A DNA stretch of 63,942 nt, counting the filler, from Reclinomonas americana ATCC 50394 (Eukaryota), in the NCBI GenBank assembly GCA_048213135.1. It is 6 parts of 2 records of this genome, joined end to end, with 100 filler letters (N's around TTAATTAATTAA, not from the genome) between each part and the next. Parts side by side here need not be neighbours in the genome. Positions count along the whole stretch, not along the records: positions 1 to 19,815 come from PS015238.1; 5 more parts are not named here. One strand, given 5' to 3'. Both the position numbers and the translations under genes were made by a program. Below, in pieces: positions 1 through 14,923 of the stretch; the stretch's first letter is position 1, and each line of letters opens with the position of its first letter. The notes under the pieces were generated by a model. That model had not been told where the DNA came from. It saw only the letters and a list, made by a program, of their open reading frames with translations, and did no database searches.

Positions 1-2181
1 GTGCCCTCGGCGTGAGCCTTTTTCGCTGCCTTTGCTGCGTCTGTGTCGTGCACGGTGGTTAGGAACAGCGCGGTCATGGCTTGTGCAACAACACATGCGC
101 TGCGCGCGAAACTGTCGTAGCCAATGTGCGGGTTGAGCGCGGTGACGAGCATGAGCGAGCGCGACAGGAGCTCGGCCATGCGGGCGTGATTCGGCACCGT
201 GTGTGCAATGCACTTTTCGCCAAACGAGTGCGCACCGTCGGCCAGCAGACGCGCGGAGCGGATGACATTGGAGGCGATCAGCGGCTTGAAGACGTTCAAC
301 TCCAGATGCCCTTGGCAGCCACCGATGGTGACGGCCACTGCGCGTGCTGTGTGCGTTAGCAAGGCAAATGATCTGGTTAGCAGCATCACTCCAACGCACC
401 GTGGTTTCCCATCACCTGCGCACAGATCACTGGCAATCGAGTCGCGGACAAGTGAGTTCTTCGCAAGAGAAAGGGTGCCAAGAACAATGCTCAACTCGTC
501 AACGACTCGCACTGTGTGGGATTGACCTTGCCAGGCATAATCGACGATCCGGGTTCGTTGGCCGGCAGGTCCAGCTCGCCGAGACCACAGCGTGGACCCG
601 AACCAAGCAGGCGGACATCGTTGGCAATCTTCATAAGCGAGGTGGCGATCGTATTCAACACGCCACTGAGTTCCACCAGTGCGTCGTGCGCGGCCAACGC
701 CTCAAACTACACACACATACAAGCATGAGCTCCGTGTACGGAGCATGTCAACAGTGCAAACACGCGACCGCACCTTGTTCCTGGCCGGCGTGAACTCCGT
801 GTCGAGCAGTCGCGTGATGGTGGCGCACATGTTTTCTGCAAAGCCCACCCGCGTGTTCAAGCCAGTGCCGACTGCCGTACCTCCGATTGCCAGCTCGCGC
901 ACGCGGGGCAAGCACGAGTCGATGCGATCGATCGCATACGCCACCTGCTGCGCGTAGGCGCTGAACTCTTGGCCGAGAGTGATGGGCACCGCGTCCTGCA
1001 AGTGCGTGCGCCCCAGCTTGATAATCTCACGCCACTCCTCCGCCTTGCCGGCCAGCATCTCGTGCAGGTAATGCAGCGAAGGCAGCAGGCGCTTGGTGAC
1101 CTCCATAACCACCGCCATGGACATGGCCGTCGGGAAGCTGGAGAGAGTGNNNNNNNNNNNNNNNNNNNNNNNNNNNNNNNNNNNNNNNNNNNNNNNNNNN
1201 NNNNNNNNNNNNNNNNNNNNNNNNNNNNNNNNNNNNNNNNNNNNNNNNNNNNNNNNNNNNNNNNNNNNNNNNNNNNNNNNNNNNNNNNNNNNNNNNNNNN
1301 NNNNNNNNNNNNNNNNNNNNNNNNNNNNNNNNNNNNNNNNNNNNNNNNNNNNNNNNNNNNNNNNNNNNNNNNNNNNNNNNNNNNNNNNNNNNNAATGAGA
1401 ACACACGACCACAGGTCTAACACAGAGCTGCGCGACGCAACGTGTCTGTACACAAGAGAGAAATGGAGGCACACAAAAATGAGTGAGTGAACACTCATCA
1501 GGCACACACGCCAAGACGCAAGGCGCAGACCATTGGAACTCTGCGACATGTTGACATGATCGTTCGGATGCACCACCGAGGTCGTCCCCAACGCCACATC
1601 ACGCAGCTGACACGCGCGATTGGCAATGACTTCGTTGACATTCATGTTGGTCTGCGTGCCAGAGCCCGTCTGCCAGATGACCAGCGGGAAGTGCTCGTCG
1701 AGTTGTCCGGCGGCCACCTCGGCCGCCGCCTGTGCAATCGCCTCGCTGCGCTCCTGCGAAAGACCATACTCGACATTGCTGTCAACATGGATGGAGATGG
1801 AGATGAGCCAGCAAGGTGGCATGCAGTACGAGAGGGGAGGAGATCATCACGCAACACCAATGCCGCAGCTTGCTTGAGCACACCAAATGCATGAATGATT
1901 TCCATCGGCATGCGCTCTTGAGCGGGTTCTCCAATGCGAAAGTTCTCCAGTGAGCTGAGTAGGTGGTGTGTGAGCGTGAGCTTCCACATGCACTTATCAA
2001 GAAGGCCATTCTTTCTCACCGCTGTGTCTGTGCGCCCCACAGGCGATCAGCAGCCACCAGCACCTGTGTGTGTGTGTGCGTGTGTCAGGTGAGCAAGGCA
2101 ACAGGCTAGCACGTTCTTTGAGTGTGTCTCTCTATGGCACACCTCGCCAAGAGTGTCTCGTTCCACGCGCACTGTTGCCAT
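1..2181 (-). CDS. FH: Class II fumarate hydratase, multi-exon; 3' end runs off window start, gap at 1150-1393
   Basis: Spliced peptides [71 protein letters not shown] and the signature [18 protein letters not shown] at 2181. Confidence 0.95.
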
Positions 2182-2999
2182 GAATGAAGGATCGGATCTT
2201 TTGAGAGGACAAGGCCGATTCCGCAATTCGCCAAGGGCGTACGGGAGGCCATTCGATCAAGTAGGTTCTCTTGCCGTATGAGCAGATGCAGCTGTGCTGC
2301 GAAGTTGCATGCATGAATTGCGCATGCAATTCGAAATTCGACGTACGCGTCAACTTCACGGCTGATCGCCAGCTGGCTGGTCATGCGCTTTCACACATAC
2401 AAGCTACAGTGCCCAGATCCTGATGAGAAGCCTTTTTCCGTACAAGCTCGACTTCTCCGTCGCCGACGTCGTAATTGGTTTCGGTCGATTGGAGTGGCCA
2501 GTGAACCGTAGGTGGGTGCATGTGAGCGTAGATCGGTCTCTTCTCCCCCTTCTCGTCCCCACGTGTATGCATGTGTGTGCGTCTTTGCGTGCGCACATGC
2601 ATGCACAGCCACCAGCAGTGTCTCGCACTGTCCGTGTGTGGGTGTGTGTGACATGTGCCATGTGCACGTGCTCGCTCACGCACTCGTACACACTCGCGCA
2701 CACTTTTGCACACCCTGCATGCCTCTGTTTGTCGTGCGTGCCTACCTGCCACCGATCAGAGCACACCAGCAGTCACGTGTCTATTCGTTGTCAGGCGCTT
2801 GAGCACGCGAACGGTCGCATGCTCATGGGCGACCACACGCCCTCCTCTCCTCTCCTCCCCTCTCCACTGATCCTCTCATGACACACACACACACACACAC
2901 ACAACACATGCACGTGTGCATCGATGCGATATGCTCAGTCACTGACATGTGTATTCTCTCTCCCTCTTGTGCACGCAGTGTTTCGATTGAACTGTTGTC

Positions 3000-3954
3000 A
3001 TGGCCGCGACTGACCGACCGCAAGTAGAGCTGGTGGAGGACTCTGACTCTGAGAACGAGTCGAGCGACGATGAGGAGGATTTGGAGGGCAAGGTCTGTAT
3101 AAGTAGTGCACTCGGACACACCTGTGCGCGTGCGTGAATGCTCACGTGCGAGGTCCATTGTTAGGCCTCTGGCTCCGGTGTCGCCGGTGAGAAGGGTGCC
3201 CACAAGCAGAGCCGCACGGAGAAGAAGGTAATGCGTAGTGTGCACGGGCGTGACTTCACAATGGGCGGCGGCGGCTGACTGCGTATTTGTCAGACTCGCA
3301 AGCTGTTCAGCAAGCTGGGACTGAAGAAGGTCGACGACATTGTGCGTGTGACCATCAAGAAGGCCAAGGAGCAGGTGCTGTTTGTGGTCAGCGAGCCGGA
3401 GGTGCTGCGCTCGGGTGACACGTACGTCGTGTTTGGCCAATACCACCCCGAGGACCTCAAGCAACAGGTGTGTGGTGCAGTCAACAATAGTGTGTGTGGT
3501 GGTCACGTGAGTTGTTTTTTTCCTCACTGCGTCCTTTGGGAACCAGGCTGCCATGGACGCTGCCAAGCAGTTCAGCGCCAGCGCTGCTGCCTCGTTGCGT
3601 AACCACGAGTGTTCTAACAATGACATGATCATTTGTCTTACATGCATGCATACATTCTCTCAGTGCTGCCGCGTCTTCTGGTGGTGCTTCCTCTTCAGGA
3701 GCATCTGCATCGGCTGCCGGCCCAAGCGACGCTGCTGGTGACGATGCCGGCGAGGGTCTGCGCGAGGAGGGTGCGTGTCGCTGACGATTGCATCTTGTGC
3801 ATCCGATCTCTGCATCTCACTGCTGTCATGGCTGCGCGCAGACATTGAGCTGGTCAAGAAGCAGGCCAAGTGTGACCGTGCCAATGCCATCCGTGCTCTG
3901 CGCTCGTCGAATGGTGACATTGTCAACGCCATCATGGCCCTCACCACCCTCTAA
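3000..3954 (+). CDS. NACA: Nascent polypeptide-associated complex subunit alpha (6 exons)
   Basis: Acidic N-terminus, [31 protein letters not shown]...DTYVVFG NAC domain, and C-terminal [12 protein letters not shown]...[13 protein letters not shown]. Confidence 0.93.
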
Positions 3955-4139
3955 AGAAAGACAGCAATGCTCGGCGGCTTCTCGTGTGCAGTCAGTTGTG
4001 CTAGGCGCTCACAATGAGAGACTCGATTGCGCCACCGCCAGGTGTGGCGTTTCGTGTTCTTTTGCGAGAGTCCTGTGCAGTTGTCGGCGGCGGCGAATCC
4101 ATTAAAACAGTTCGGATTTTTTTCGGTAGCACGCGATCA

Positions 4140-5714
4140 ATGCTCTTTCTTCGTCGCACTTCCACACTGCTGCAATGCAGTCGACGGTGGCTGACAACGG
4201 CAGACCAACCGTCAGTGGAGCTGCCAATCTCCAGCACTGGTGACTTTACTACTCCGACGACACTTGTCTCTCCTCTCGCTCACTCTCAAGCGCACACACA
4301 CACAGCGCTGTGGGTCACCTACCTGCGTGCATGTGCGTCATTGTTTGCATGCATGCATACATCGGAGAGAGAGCAAAGACTCACATGATGTGCAGTGGAG
4401 ACTGCGCGCACCGAGTTGCAGCCGGCACCACTGCTGCGCGATCCACTCGCCGCTCTCTTCATCACTGATCGTTTCGTGTGCATTGAGAAAGAGAGAGAGA
4501 GGGAGCGACTGCCTTGACAATCACGTGTGAGCGTGCGTGTGCGCAGGGGATCGCGAGACTGCCATGTTTTTCCAACAGATCATTATGCAGGCACTGCGAC
4601 AGGGCAAGTTTGCGCCACCGGAGAAGGCATTGCAGAATGTCGAGAGCATTCAGACTCGCATCATTCCTGTGCGCCACCGCATCCTCGACGATCTGTGCCT
4701 GCGAGCTGTCTGCGATGCAGTGGTGTGTCTGCGTGTGATCAGTTGTCCATGCGCAAGCTTGTGTTCGCTTTCTCAGTCGCCGTGTTCTGTATGTGGGCAG
4801 GCTGGCGGTGCCAAGGCCGTCGATGTGTGCATTCTCGGCTGTGGTATGGACACCAAGGTTCGTTAGCGATTCCTATGGTGCTCGTCAGTGTCTCACCGCG
4901 CAGTCGAAGTGCAGGCCTTCCGCTTGGACTTCCCGGCCAACACTCGTGTGTTCGAGATTGACTCGCCGGAGATTATCCGATATAAGGAGGCCTGTCTGGC
5001 TCGGCTGAAGAACGTGCCTGTGAACGAAAAGCTTACACTGCCAGTGCGTGATCCCGAGGGGCGGTTGCGGGAGGTTGTCGTGGATCCGGCGGTCGACGGC
5101 AAGATGCGATGTGCGGAGCGCATTCTGGCGACCTGTGACTGGGATGCCGGGCAGGATTTTATCGAGCAGCTTCGCAAAGTCGGCCTCACTGGCGACCGTC
5201 CGATTGTGTGGGTGGTGGAGGGTGTGTACATGTACTTGGAGAAAGCGCAGGTGTCTAGCACGCTGCAGAAAACCGCTGCACTGTCGCCTCCCGGAAGTCA
5301 CATGCTGTTCGACATTATGAATGCAGTTGCATGGCGACCTCTCCCTTTCTCTCTCAACATGTACAACCTGACCGTGATTCGTATACAACAGCCGACTCTG
5401 ACGTCCAACATGCTCACAAAGTGGCGCCAGGCCATGGCGGAGCACAAGCATCCGTTCAAATTTGCCGATTCCGACCCAGCCAGGCTCCTCGGCGAGTGTG
5501 GGTGGGGCAAGAAGACGGACGTGTTCGAGTGCAGCGCCATGGCACGCAAGCTGGGCTTGAAAACATTCAGGTGTGATTCTACGAGAGTGTGAGCGTGGGG
5601 TTGAATGTGTTTTTTCGTCGTCGCTCACCTGCGCGAGACAGCCTGCCCTTCTCGACACTCACTTTCCGCTTCTTCCCACTGCCGTCGCACGCCATGGTGC
5701 ACGCACGGAAATAA
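4140..5714 (+). CDS. Class I SAM-dependent methyltransferase, LCM/leucine-carboxyl-methyltransferase-like family, with a probable mitochondrial presequence
   Basis: SSTALWVTYLRA...LLRDPLAALF, ILGCGMDTK|AFRL, VFEIDSP and WVVEGVYMYL motifs. The N-terminus MLFLRRTSTLLQCSRRWL is Arg/Ser-rich with no acidic residues. Confidence 0.85.
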
Positions 5715-5801
5715 GCGCCGACAACAAGAAATGAATCCTCGCATACAATCCCGACGTCTTTACTCTCTCCCACACAAACACACACCACACTGAAATCTCT
5801 C

Positions 5802-7763
<1,962 letters not shown>

Positions 7764-7892
7764 GACACTCGCTGAGAAACGCCGGAGAGAAAGCAATGAA
7801 AATGCGCTCCGAGACAGCATCGACGATCGGAGTATCGCCCGGAAACACCGACGTCGTTCCGTGCGTTTCCTTCGTACATTACTCGCTTCTCT

Positions 7893-10800
7893 CTATCTCG
7901 TCACTGCGCTGGACCGCGGTGCATTCGGGTACCGACCGCCGGTTGTTGCTGTTGTTGTCGGTGGCATGTGGGTGCCTTTTCCGGCGAGATTGACGCCGCC
8001 TGCAGCTGGTGCAGGTGCGGCTGCGGATCCGGACGATGGTGCGTGCGGTCGGCGCTTGGCTTGCCCCTGGAATTCGAGTGGCTGCACCACGAACTCGACC
8101 GTGTCCGTGAGCAGCGAGGCGATTTCCACGGCCTGTGTGCGGGAAGGAAGGGAGCGAGGTGCTAAGTGTGCGGTGCAGAGAGTGTCGCGCTGCGACTACA
8201 CATTACCATCAGTGGTTCGGTTCGGAAACGCAGTGGAACAGCAGCGGTGCGGGGATTCGACACGCCACTTGGACCGATGGCAGAGCTGGAGGCGAACGAG
8301 GCGTCGGAGCCACCACCGTCGCGACGCGAGCGGTGGCGACTGAGGGCATTCCATCGCGACCGTCGCTGCAGACTCTCGTACTCGATATTCACAACGTCTC
8401 GTGTTGTCACCTCCCACGACAGGAGTTGGCGGAAGGGGACGGTGAGGTACAAGGGCAAGTCGTGGCCGACGCGCAGCAGGTGAATCGCCCGGGTGTTGAT
8501 GGCCAGCACCATTTGCTCCTCGATTGGCAGCGACAGCGGCTGTGTGGCACAGAGAAGTGAGTGAGTCTCGTCGGCATCTGCATCGTATCGCGTTCGTCGT
8601 ACCGTGACAAAGAAAAAGTGGCTGCCGTAGTAGGAGAACTGCTGGAATCGAAAGATAATTTGGCGCTGAATGCAGCGCTGGAACCGAATGGCGTCGTTCT
8701 CCAGCTTGTTCTGCAGGTTGGAGCGCGATGCAATCTCGCCACCGAGACCAAGCTCGAATGGATCTTGCTCTCTGGATTTCTGTTGAGGGAGAGGGCGTCA
8801 GAGGTGTTGTTTTGCAAATCGAGGGGACAAGTCGCGGATTACCTCCACAAACACTTGCGACACGCGGCGAAGCGACGGTGACTTGGCCGACGGCACATTC
8901 AGCGCGCGGTAGGCTTATGAGCAGCAACGTGATGAGCTGCGGATTCACACGCTTTGAAATGAGCGACTGACTCACCCGAGTGGAATCGCCGATCGCTCTG
9001 TCTCGTCCACCCGCCATACGTCTTCATCTGCGCCATTCACTGTGAGCGCAACGATTGACTGCACCACATCACGCTCAACAACAGCAGCACCTCGGCGATG
9101 AACTGCTGTCGCAATGTGTTGCACGTTGAGTTCACTTGGTGGCGGAGGTGTGCAAAGTTGTCGGCCCGGTCGAGTGGATCAAGCCAGTAGATGGGTACGA
9201 GGCTTCGATAACTGAGCGCCACGGATTATGAAACAGTTTGTTCCAAATACAACATGAAGGTGACTGAGACATGACGCGAGACGCAACACTGCATCACTGA
9301 TTTTCTTGCTCAGCTCCATGTCAATCACCTGCGCGCGCCGGTAAGCATTCATCGTTTTGTTGGCTGTCGATGCAGTCAATACGCACCTTGTCCACATCGA
9401 CGCAGTCGACGACCTCCTCTCCATCGTCGGTACGTGCCTCCGGATTCACACGGAGGTACACAGGCAGCAGTTGCACTGAAACAATGGTGACCAGCATCTG
9501 GAAGTCGATGATCTCGTGATCCTAGCGCGCAGATTGCTGTCACTCAAAACAATACGCACAACCAACATGCACACCCGTGCTCGTGTGCACAAACCTGGTA
9601 AAAGCCACTCATCCAGTCGCGCATCAACTGGGCAAACAAAAAGTACACTCCGTCGTTGCTGTAGGCAGGCAACTGCTCGCACGCGGGGTCACCTACTGCA
9701 ATGGCACGAGAACGCATCACCTGCAACACACGCACCTCCTGCAGATAGGGAAAGAGCTCCTGCATGCCGTGCCGATAGAGACGCTGATGAGTGACCACCA
9801 AGTCGAGGCCCGTTCGGCTGATGCGCGCAAGAATGTCGGCAGTGTCGGTAAAGTTCTCGACGGCCAGCACACTGACAAGCATGCGCAGTGGTTCCTGGCG
9901 CGGTGCACTGCCCTCCATGTCGGCGTACGCACGAGTCTCCTGCAGTGGCCGTCAGCTGCTGTCCATTGACCACGCACCAGATTCACACCACCACACTCAC
10001 AAAGGGAAACACGGCCACCAGCGTCTGCAGAATGAGTTGATTCAGCAGCGACAACTGCACCGGGTACCACTCGTTGTTCTCGATGCCCCACGAATCGACT
10101 CGTGGTGATTCAGGCACGCCACGGAACCTCTCGGCCACCTCCTCCAGTTGTGGAGTCGGCAGACGCTCACTGCACACTTGTGCGAGGTACTGCAGCGTGT
10201 CTTGCACCACGCGATGCTTGTCCAAGTCATCGGGCGAGACTGCATCGCGATCGGAGAATGGGAATGTGAGCCACGTTACAAGAAGAAAGGTGTGCAATCA
10301 CACTCAACATTGCGAGAGAAGGCGTTGCTGGTGATGCAGTCGATGAATGATCTCGTCGATCTTTTCACATCGCTGCGCGATCCACGCGATCCAGTGTGCA
10401 ATACGAGTGGCATTCACCGAGAAGGCCTGCGAGCCAGTCTGTGCGTCGAGTGCATTGATCTGGCGACGCACGGCGTGGCGGACGGCACGCGCCTCGGCAG
10501 CGAGAGCGCCGGGTGGCTGACTGGGACCGGCACTGGCCAACAGCGGAATGATGGGCATTGCCGACGGCTGGCAGGTCTGTATGCACTGACGCACAGCGGC
10601 ACGCAAGCAACGCAGCAAGTCTTGCGGCGTCTGCGTCAGGTTGCGACCAAAGATGCGCTTCCACACCTTGTTGTGGGGCGTGAAGTCGAGCACCGTCTGC
10701 GTTTCCTCCCCTAGGTTGAGAAGGAGAGGTGGAGAAGGAAGCCACTGGCTGTCGAGACGAAAACACAGACCTCCAACACAATCAGCATGTCGAGCAGAAA

Positions 10801-11569
10801 GGCGCGAAGCTGGCTGAGGTGCGGACCCATCACATCGGGGAGCAGGCCCCACTCCTCCATTGGCGACGGAATGATGCGCAGCTTGATGAGGAACTGGCGA
10901 CGACGATCCTCTGGCAGTGTGAGGTTTTGCTCCAACAAGTACCACGCCGTCGGCCACTGTATTGCCTGTGGCAGCGAGTAAGCATCGAGGGAGTGCGGTG
11001 CAGTCGATTGTTGTGACACGAGGAACGCACCGATGGGTTGTCGCCATCAATCATGTCGCCAGCTGGTCTATAGTCTTCGCTGTCAGTGTCGGCCACTTTC
11101 GCTAATGTACGCGCGGCATCAGCGCCCTCCAGTGGGTGGCAGTAGATGTCGTTGTAGTTGCGGCTCAGGTAGAGACCAAAGAGACCGAGATGTGAGTCGG
11201 GAATGTTGTAGAAATGCTGGTGAGACAAGTCAAGTCAGTCACGCACACGCACGCACGTGTGAGCGCAGCAACGCTTCTCTGCTCAACTTGAGTGGCATCC
11301 GACGCCAAGTCTGCCACCGTCGTGCCACGATCAACACTGCACGGCAGAAGACGAAGAGTCATCAATCACTATGTGTGTGGCATGATAGGATGACGAGTGA
11401 CGCAACGAGAGCTTCACTTCACAGCCATCAGCAAACGACATCCACAGATCGCGTGTGCTGCCACAGCGCACCTACACACACACATGGTCGGAAATGAGTG
11501 TGTTTTGCGCGCGAACAGAGAGATTCACAAACACACACTCGCGCGCGCGCTCAACTTGATACGCCTCAT
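7893..11569 (-). CDS. Large multi-exon FERM-domain-like protein
   Basis: Spliced N-terminus MRRINTRDLWMSFADGCEVKLSVDRGTTVADL...LFGLYL resembles FERM-N. The C-terminal LAINTRAIHLL...VPFRQLLSWEV...EIASLL resembles the FERM-C PH-like lobe. The middle region is unassigned. Confidence 0.55.
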
Positions 11570-11790
11570 GGAACATGATAAGAAGCCTCACGTTGCTGCC
11601 AGTCGCAGAGCAGACAGTGCGTCACTGATGAAATGGAAGAAGGCCCAAGTGCAACAGAGCACGTCTTCTCTCGTCAGAAGCGCGAAAACGGTACCATGAC
11701 AGATTGGCGACCGATCGGGTGGATTTTTTTGCGGGAAGGGTGGATTTCGCCCAATTGAAGTTGAGAGTGGTGCGAGAGAGGAGAGGAAAC

Positions 11791-13498
11791 ATGTGGGCGA
11801 GTGGTGACGCATCGATGCAAGCGAGTGGTGATGGTGGTGCTGTGCAACAGAGTCGCGCAGGACAAGCGAGAGTGCCTGCAGTTGCTCTCCGCGCGCTGCT
11901 GCACGAGGTTGATCATGAGCAGGAGGCCGACGAAAGTGACCGGGGAAGTGGGGCTGCAGAGGACGACCTTGACATGTTGCTGTTGGAGGCGGATGATGTG
12001 GATCGCGAGGGGTCGCAGGGTGGCGCACGAGGTGGTCCTGTCTCGCCTCCTCCTGCAGAGGAGCCTGTCACACTCGAGGAGTACCTTGCGTGGGAGTTCT
12101 CCGATGTCTGGCAGCCTGTGCGGATGCTGTATGCGGCGGCATTCCGAGGTGAGCGAAGGAAGTTGTCTTGTTTTTCCGAATTTTGTAGGGTTTTGGTTTC
12201 TTGTTGCAACTGTTGCATTCGTTCCTTTCTCTAAAGTGTGCTTCTGAGTGGTCAAAACACTGTATTCACTCACTCTCACTGCTTGCAGATCGCGAGGACG
12301 CTTGTCTCCAGGTGCTGGAGACCACTCGCCGTGCACTGGTGGAGGTCAGTTCGGCGTGCGCACTCGCCTCCGTATACGTCACTGCAGCTTGTAGGCACTG
12401 CTGTTCCTTCTCAACCTCGCACGCGCTTTGCAGCACTACTCGCCATCGGCACCGGTTTCGCGGCGAATCAGCGACGTTGATCTGCGCACTGTCAGTCCAC
12501 AGCCCGGCGCTCGCTTCCTCTTGTACTTTGACACCGATGTGCACCTGTGCAAGACTGTCGAAGACCTCCTCAGTTGTGTACGGTGGGTGCTGTCTCTCCT
12601 TTGCCACTCGCCCCTGCTGAGCACCTCCGCGCACGCCCCGCAGACTCGCCCATCACCGTCATGCCCGCGAAACGAGTCGTGTTCACCACCGACCGTTTCC
12701 TCACGGCGCACCGAGTCGAGTCGACCCTGCTCTCGGGCCTCCCTCTGTCGTGCTCGCATGTGCAGCTTGGCTGGTGAGTGCATGCATGAGTGGCAGGCGA
12801 TCGGAAAATCTCACCAGTTTTGCTCCTCTCCTCACAGTTGGTCCATTCAACTGCGCACTGCAAAGCTGGACTACGTGTTCCGTGCCATTGTCAACTCGAT
12901 CTTTGCCTCGCAACTCACGCACACCATGATGATCGAGGCCGACGTGCTGTTGCGCCATGGCCAGTCGGTTCTCCACCGTTGGGGGAAATATTGGCAGTAA
13001 TTTTTTGTTGTGCACCACACACAGGTTCACCGACATGTGCCACGTGCGCCCCAGTGGCGAAACCGATCTGCGGCGCCTCATCAACGTGTTCTCGGCGGTG
13101 GAGCAGTCGGACTGCGAGCAGGCTGTCTACAACCACGGCGTCTTCCTCATCCACGCACTTGGTCCGTATTTTCTTTCCATTTTTGGCGATCCGTCGCTCT
13201 CCTCACCACGATCGCGACAGGCATCCGCAACGGCACGCTGTACTTTGTGCGTGGCGGCTTTGCCGGCATCGACATGCAGTTCCCGGCACCGCCCAACACC
13301 ACCACCACCACGACGGGTCCGCGCACGCGCGCACGTCACGTTTTGCATGACAGTGTCTACAAAATCGACGTCTCCGCTCCACCGCTGCAGCTGGCCTCCG
13401 GCGACGTCAACCACGTGGCCGTCCACACCGCTCCCACAGCCCGCTTCTACCGCATCCACCCGCAGCGCCCGACCGAGTGGGTCGAGTGCACTCCTTGA
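11791..13498 (+). CDS. Hypothetical multi-exon protein, no family recognised
   Basis: Chain of GT-AG-bounded coding-like segments (EEYLAWEFSDVWQPVRMLY...; ...RFYRIHPQRPTEWVECTP*). The start is uncertain. Confidence 0.55.
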
Positions 13499-13577
13499 GC
13501 ATCGTGAGGGAGGGCGGTCATGATCGACGTCCCACGCACCACTCAATACACACACACGCACGCACACACCGCACGCA

Positions 13578-13840
13578 ATGCGCCTTGTCATTCGCTGGCG
13601 TGGCGACTCGTACCTGCGCCCGCTTGCCGACGGCGACACACACACCACCACCGTGCAGCAGTTGGTGGATGCGTTTCTCACCGAGCGCAATCATATTGGT
13701 GGATGGGTGGCGCGCGTGAACCGCGCTCGTGTCACCCCAACTGACCTGGTCAGTGCCGTGCTACGCGATGGCGACACCGTGCACGTTTGCATGCTGCGTG
13801 CCGACGGCGAGGAAGAGCTCGACGGCATGGAGAGAGAAGA
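13578..13840 (+). CDS. Ubiquitin-like/ThiS-MoaD (beta-grasp) domain ORF, truncated by gap
   Basis: MRLVIRW...TTVQQLVD...ARVN...VLRDGDTVHV pattern. The frame is open into the N gap. Confidence 0.5.
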
Positions 13841-14164
13841 NNNNNNNNNNNNNNNNNNNNNNNNNNNNNNNNNNNNNNNNNNNNNNNNNNNNNNNNNNNN
13901 NNNNNNNNNNNNNNNNNNNNNNNNNNNNNNNNNNNNNNNNNNNNNNNNNNNNNNNNNNNNNNNNNNNNNNNNNNNNNNNNNNNNNNNNNNNNNNNNNNNN
14001 NNNNNNNNNNNNNNNNNNNNNNNNNNNNNNNNNNNNNNNNNNNNNNNNNNNNNNNNNNNNNNNNNNNNNNNNNNNNNNNNNNNNNNNNNNNNNNNNNNNN
14101 NNNNNNNNNNNNNNNNNNNNNNNNNNNNNNNNNNNNNNNNNNNNNNNNNNNNNNNNNNNNNNNN

Positions 14165-14877
14165 AAGAAAAGAGGGAAAAACACGGCGACACACAAGTTT
14201 GACCCCCGACTGACCGGCGAGTGATCTTGCCCTTCCACCTGCATGATAGACACACACCATGAGCACGCCCGACGCAGACACGCCGACGTGGCAAGGATGC
14301 GAGAACGCAACGGCTTGAACCCGAAAAGCACATTGATGGCCTCTCTCCTCTCCTCCAGCGTCTCCGGCAGGTGCTGCAGATGCGCTGCCGACCGATCCAC
14401 ATGCGACTCGGGTTCCTCATCGTTCGGCGACGGCAGCTCCTCCCCCTCCTGCTCGCCACCCACCTGCGCCTCATACGACGCAGCGCCCGTGGTCCGCACA
14501 CTCGCGCGACGAGCTGCACACACACAATGCCCACACTCAGCCAACGCAACAATGCACACACGCGCATGCACACACACGTACACACACACACACACGCACC
14601 AACAGGACGACGCGCTTCTGCGTCGATGCTGGCATTGGAGGCGGAGCGACGACGTGCGCCTCCGCGTGAGGAAGGCAACTCCAGTGACACAAACTTGCCC
14701 GGAGCCGCTGCCGACTGCGGAGTGAGACCGCCCGCTGAAGACGGACGATGTGCGGTCAGCAGAGGCGAGCTGTGCGCACTGCCCGCTGCTGCAGAGGAGC
14801 GGCCACCGGCGACAGTCGAGAGTTCCTCCGGCTCCACCTCCAACAATGAGGCGCGCATGATGGTCTCCTCTTGCACA
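14165..14877 (-). CDS. N-terminal exons of the CAX/VNX1 gene on an apparently inverted contig
   Basis: ETLEERREAINVLFGFKP|WKGKITRR joins in frame to SLQERSEVVRQLYSD on the + strand after 14923. Confidence 0.75.
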
Positions 14878-14923
14878 NNNNNNNNNNNNNNNNNNNNGCC
14901 TCACACGATCGCTTCGCACACAG

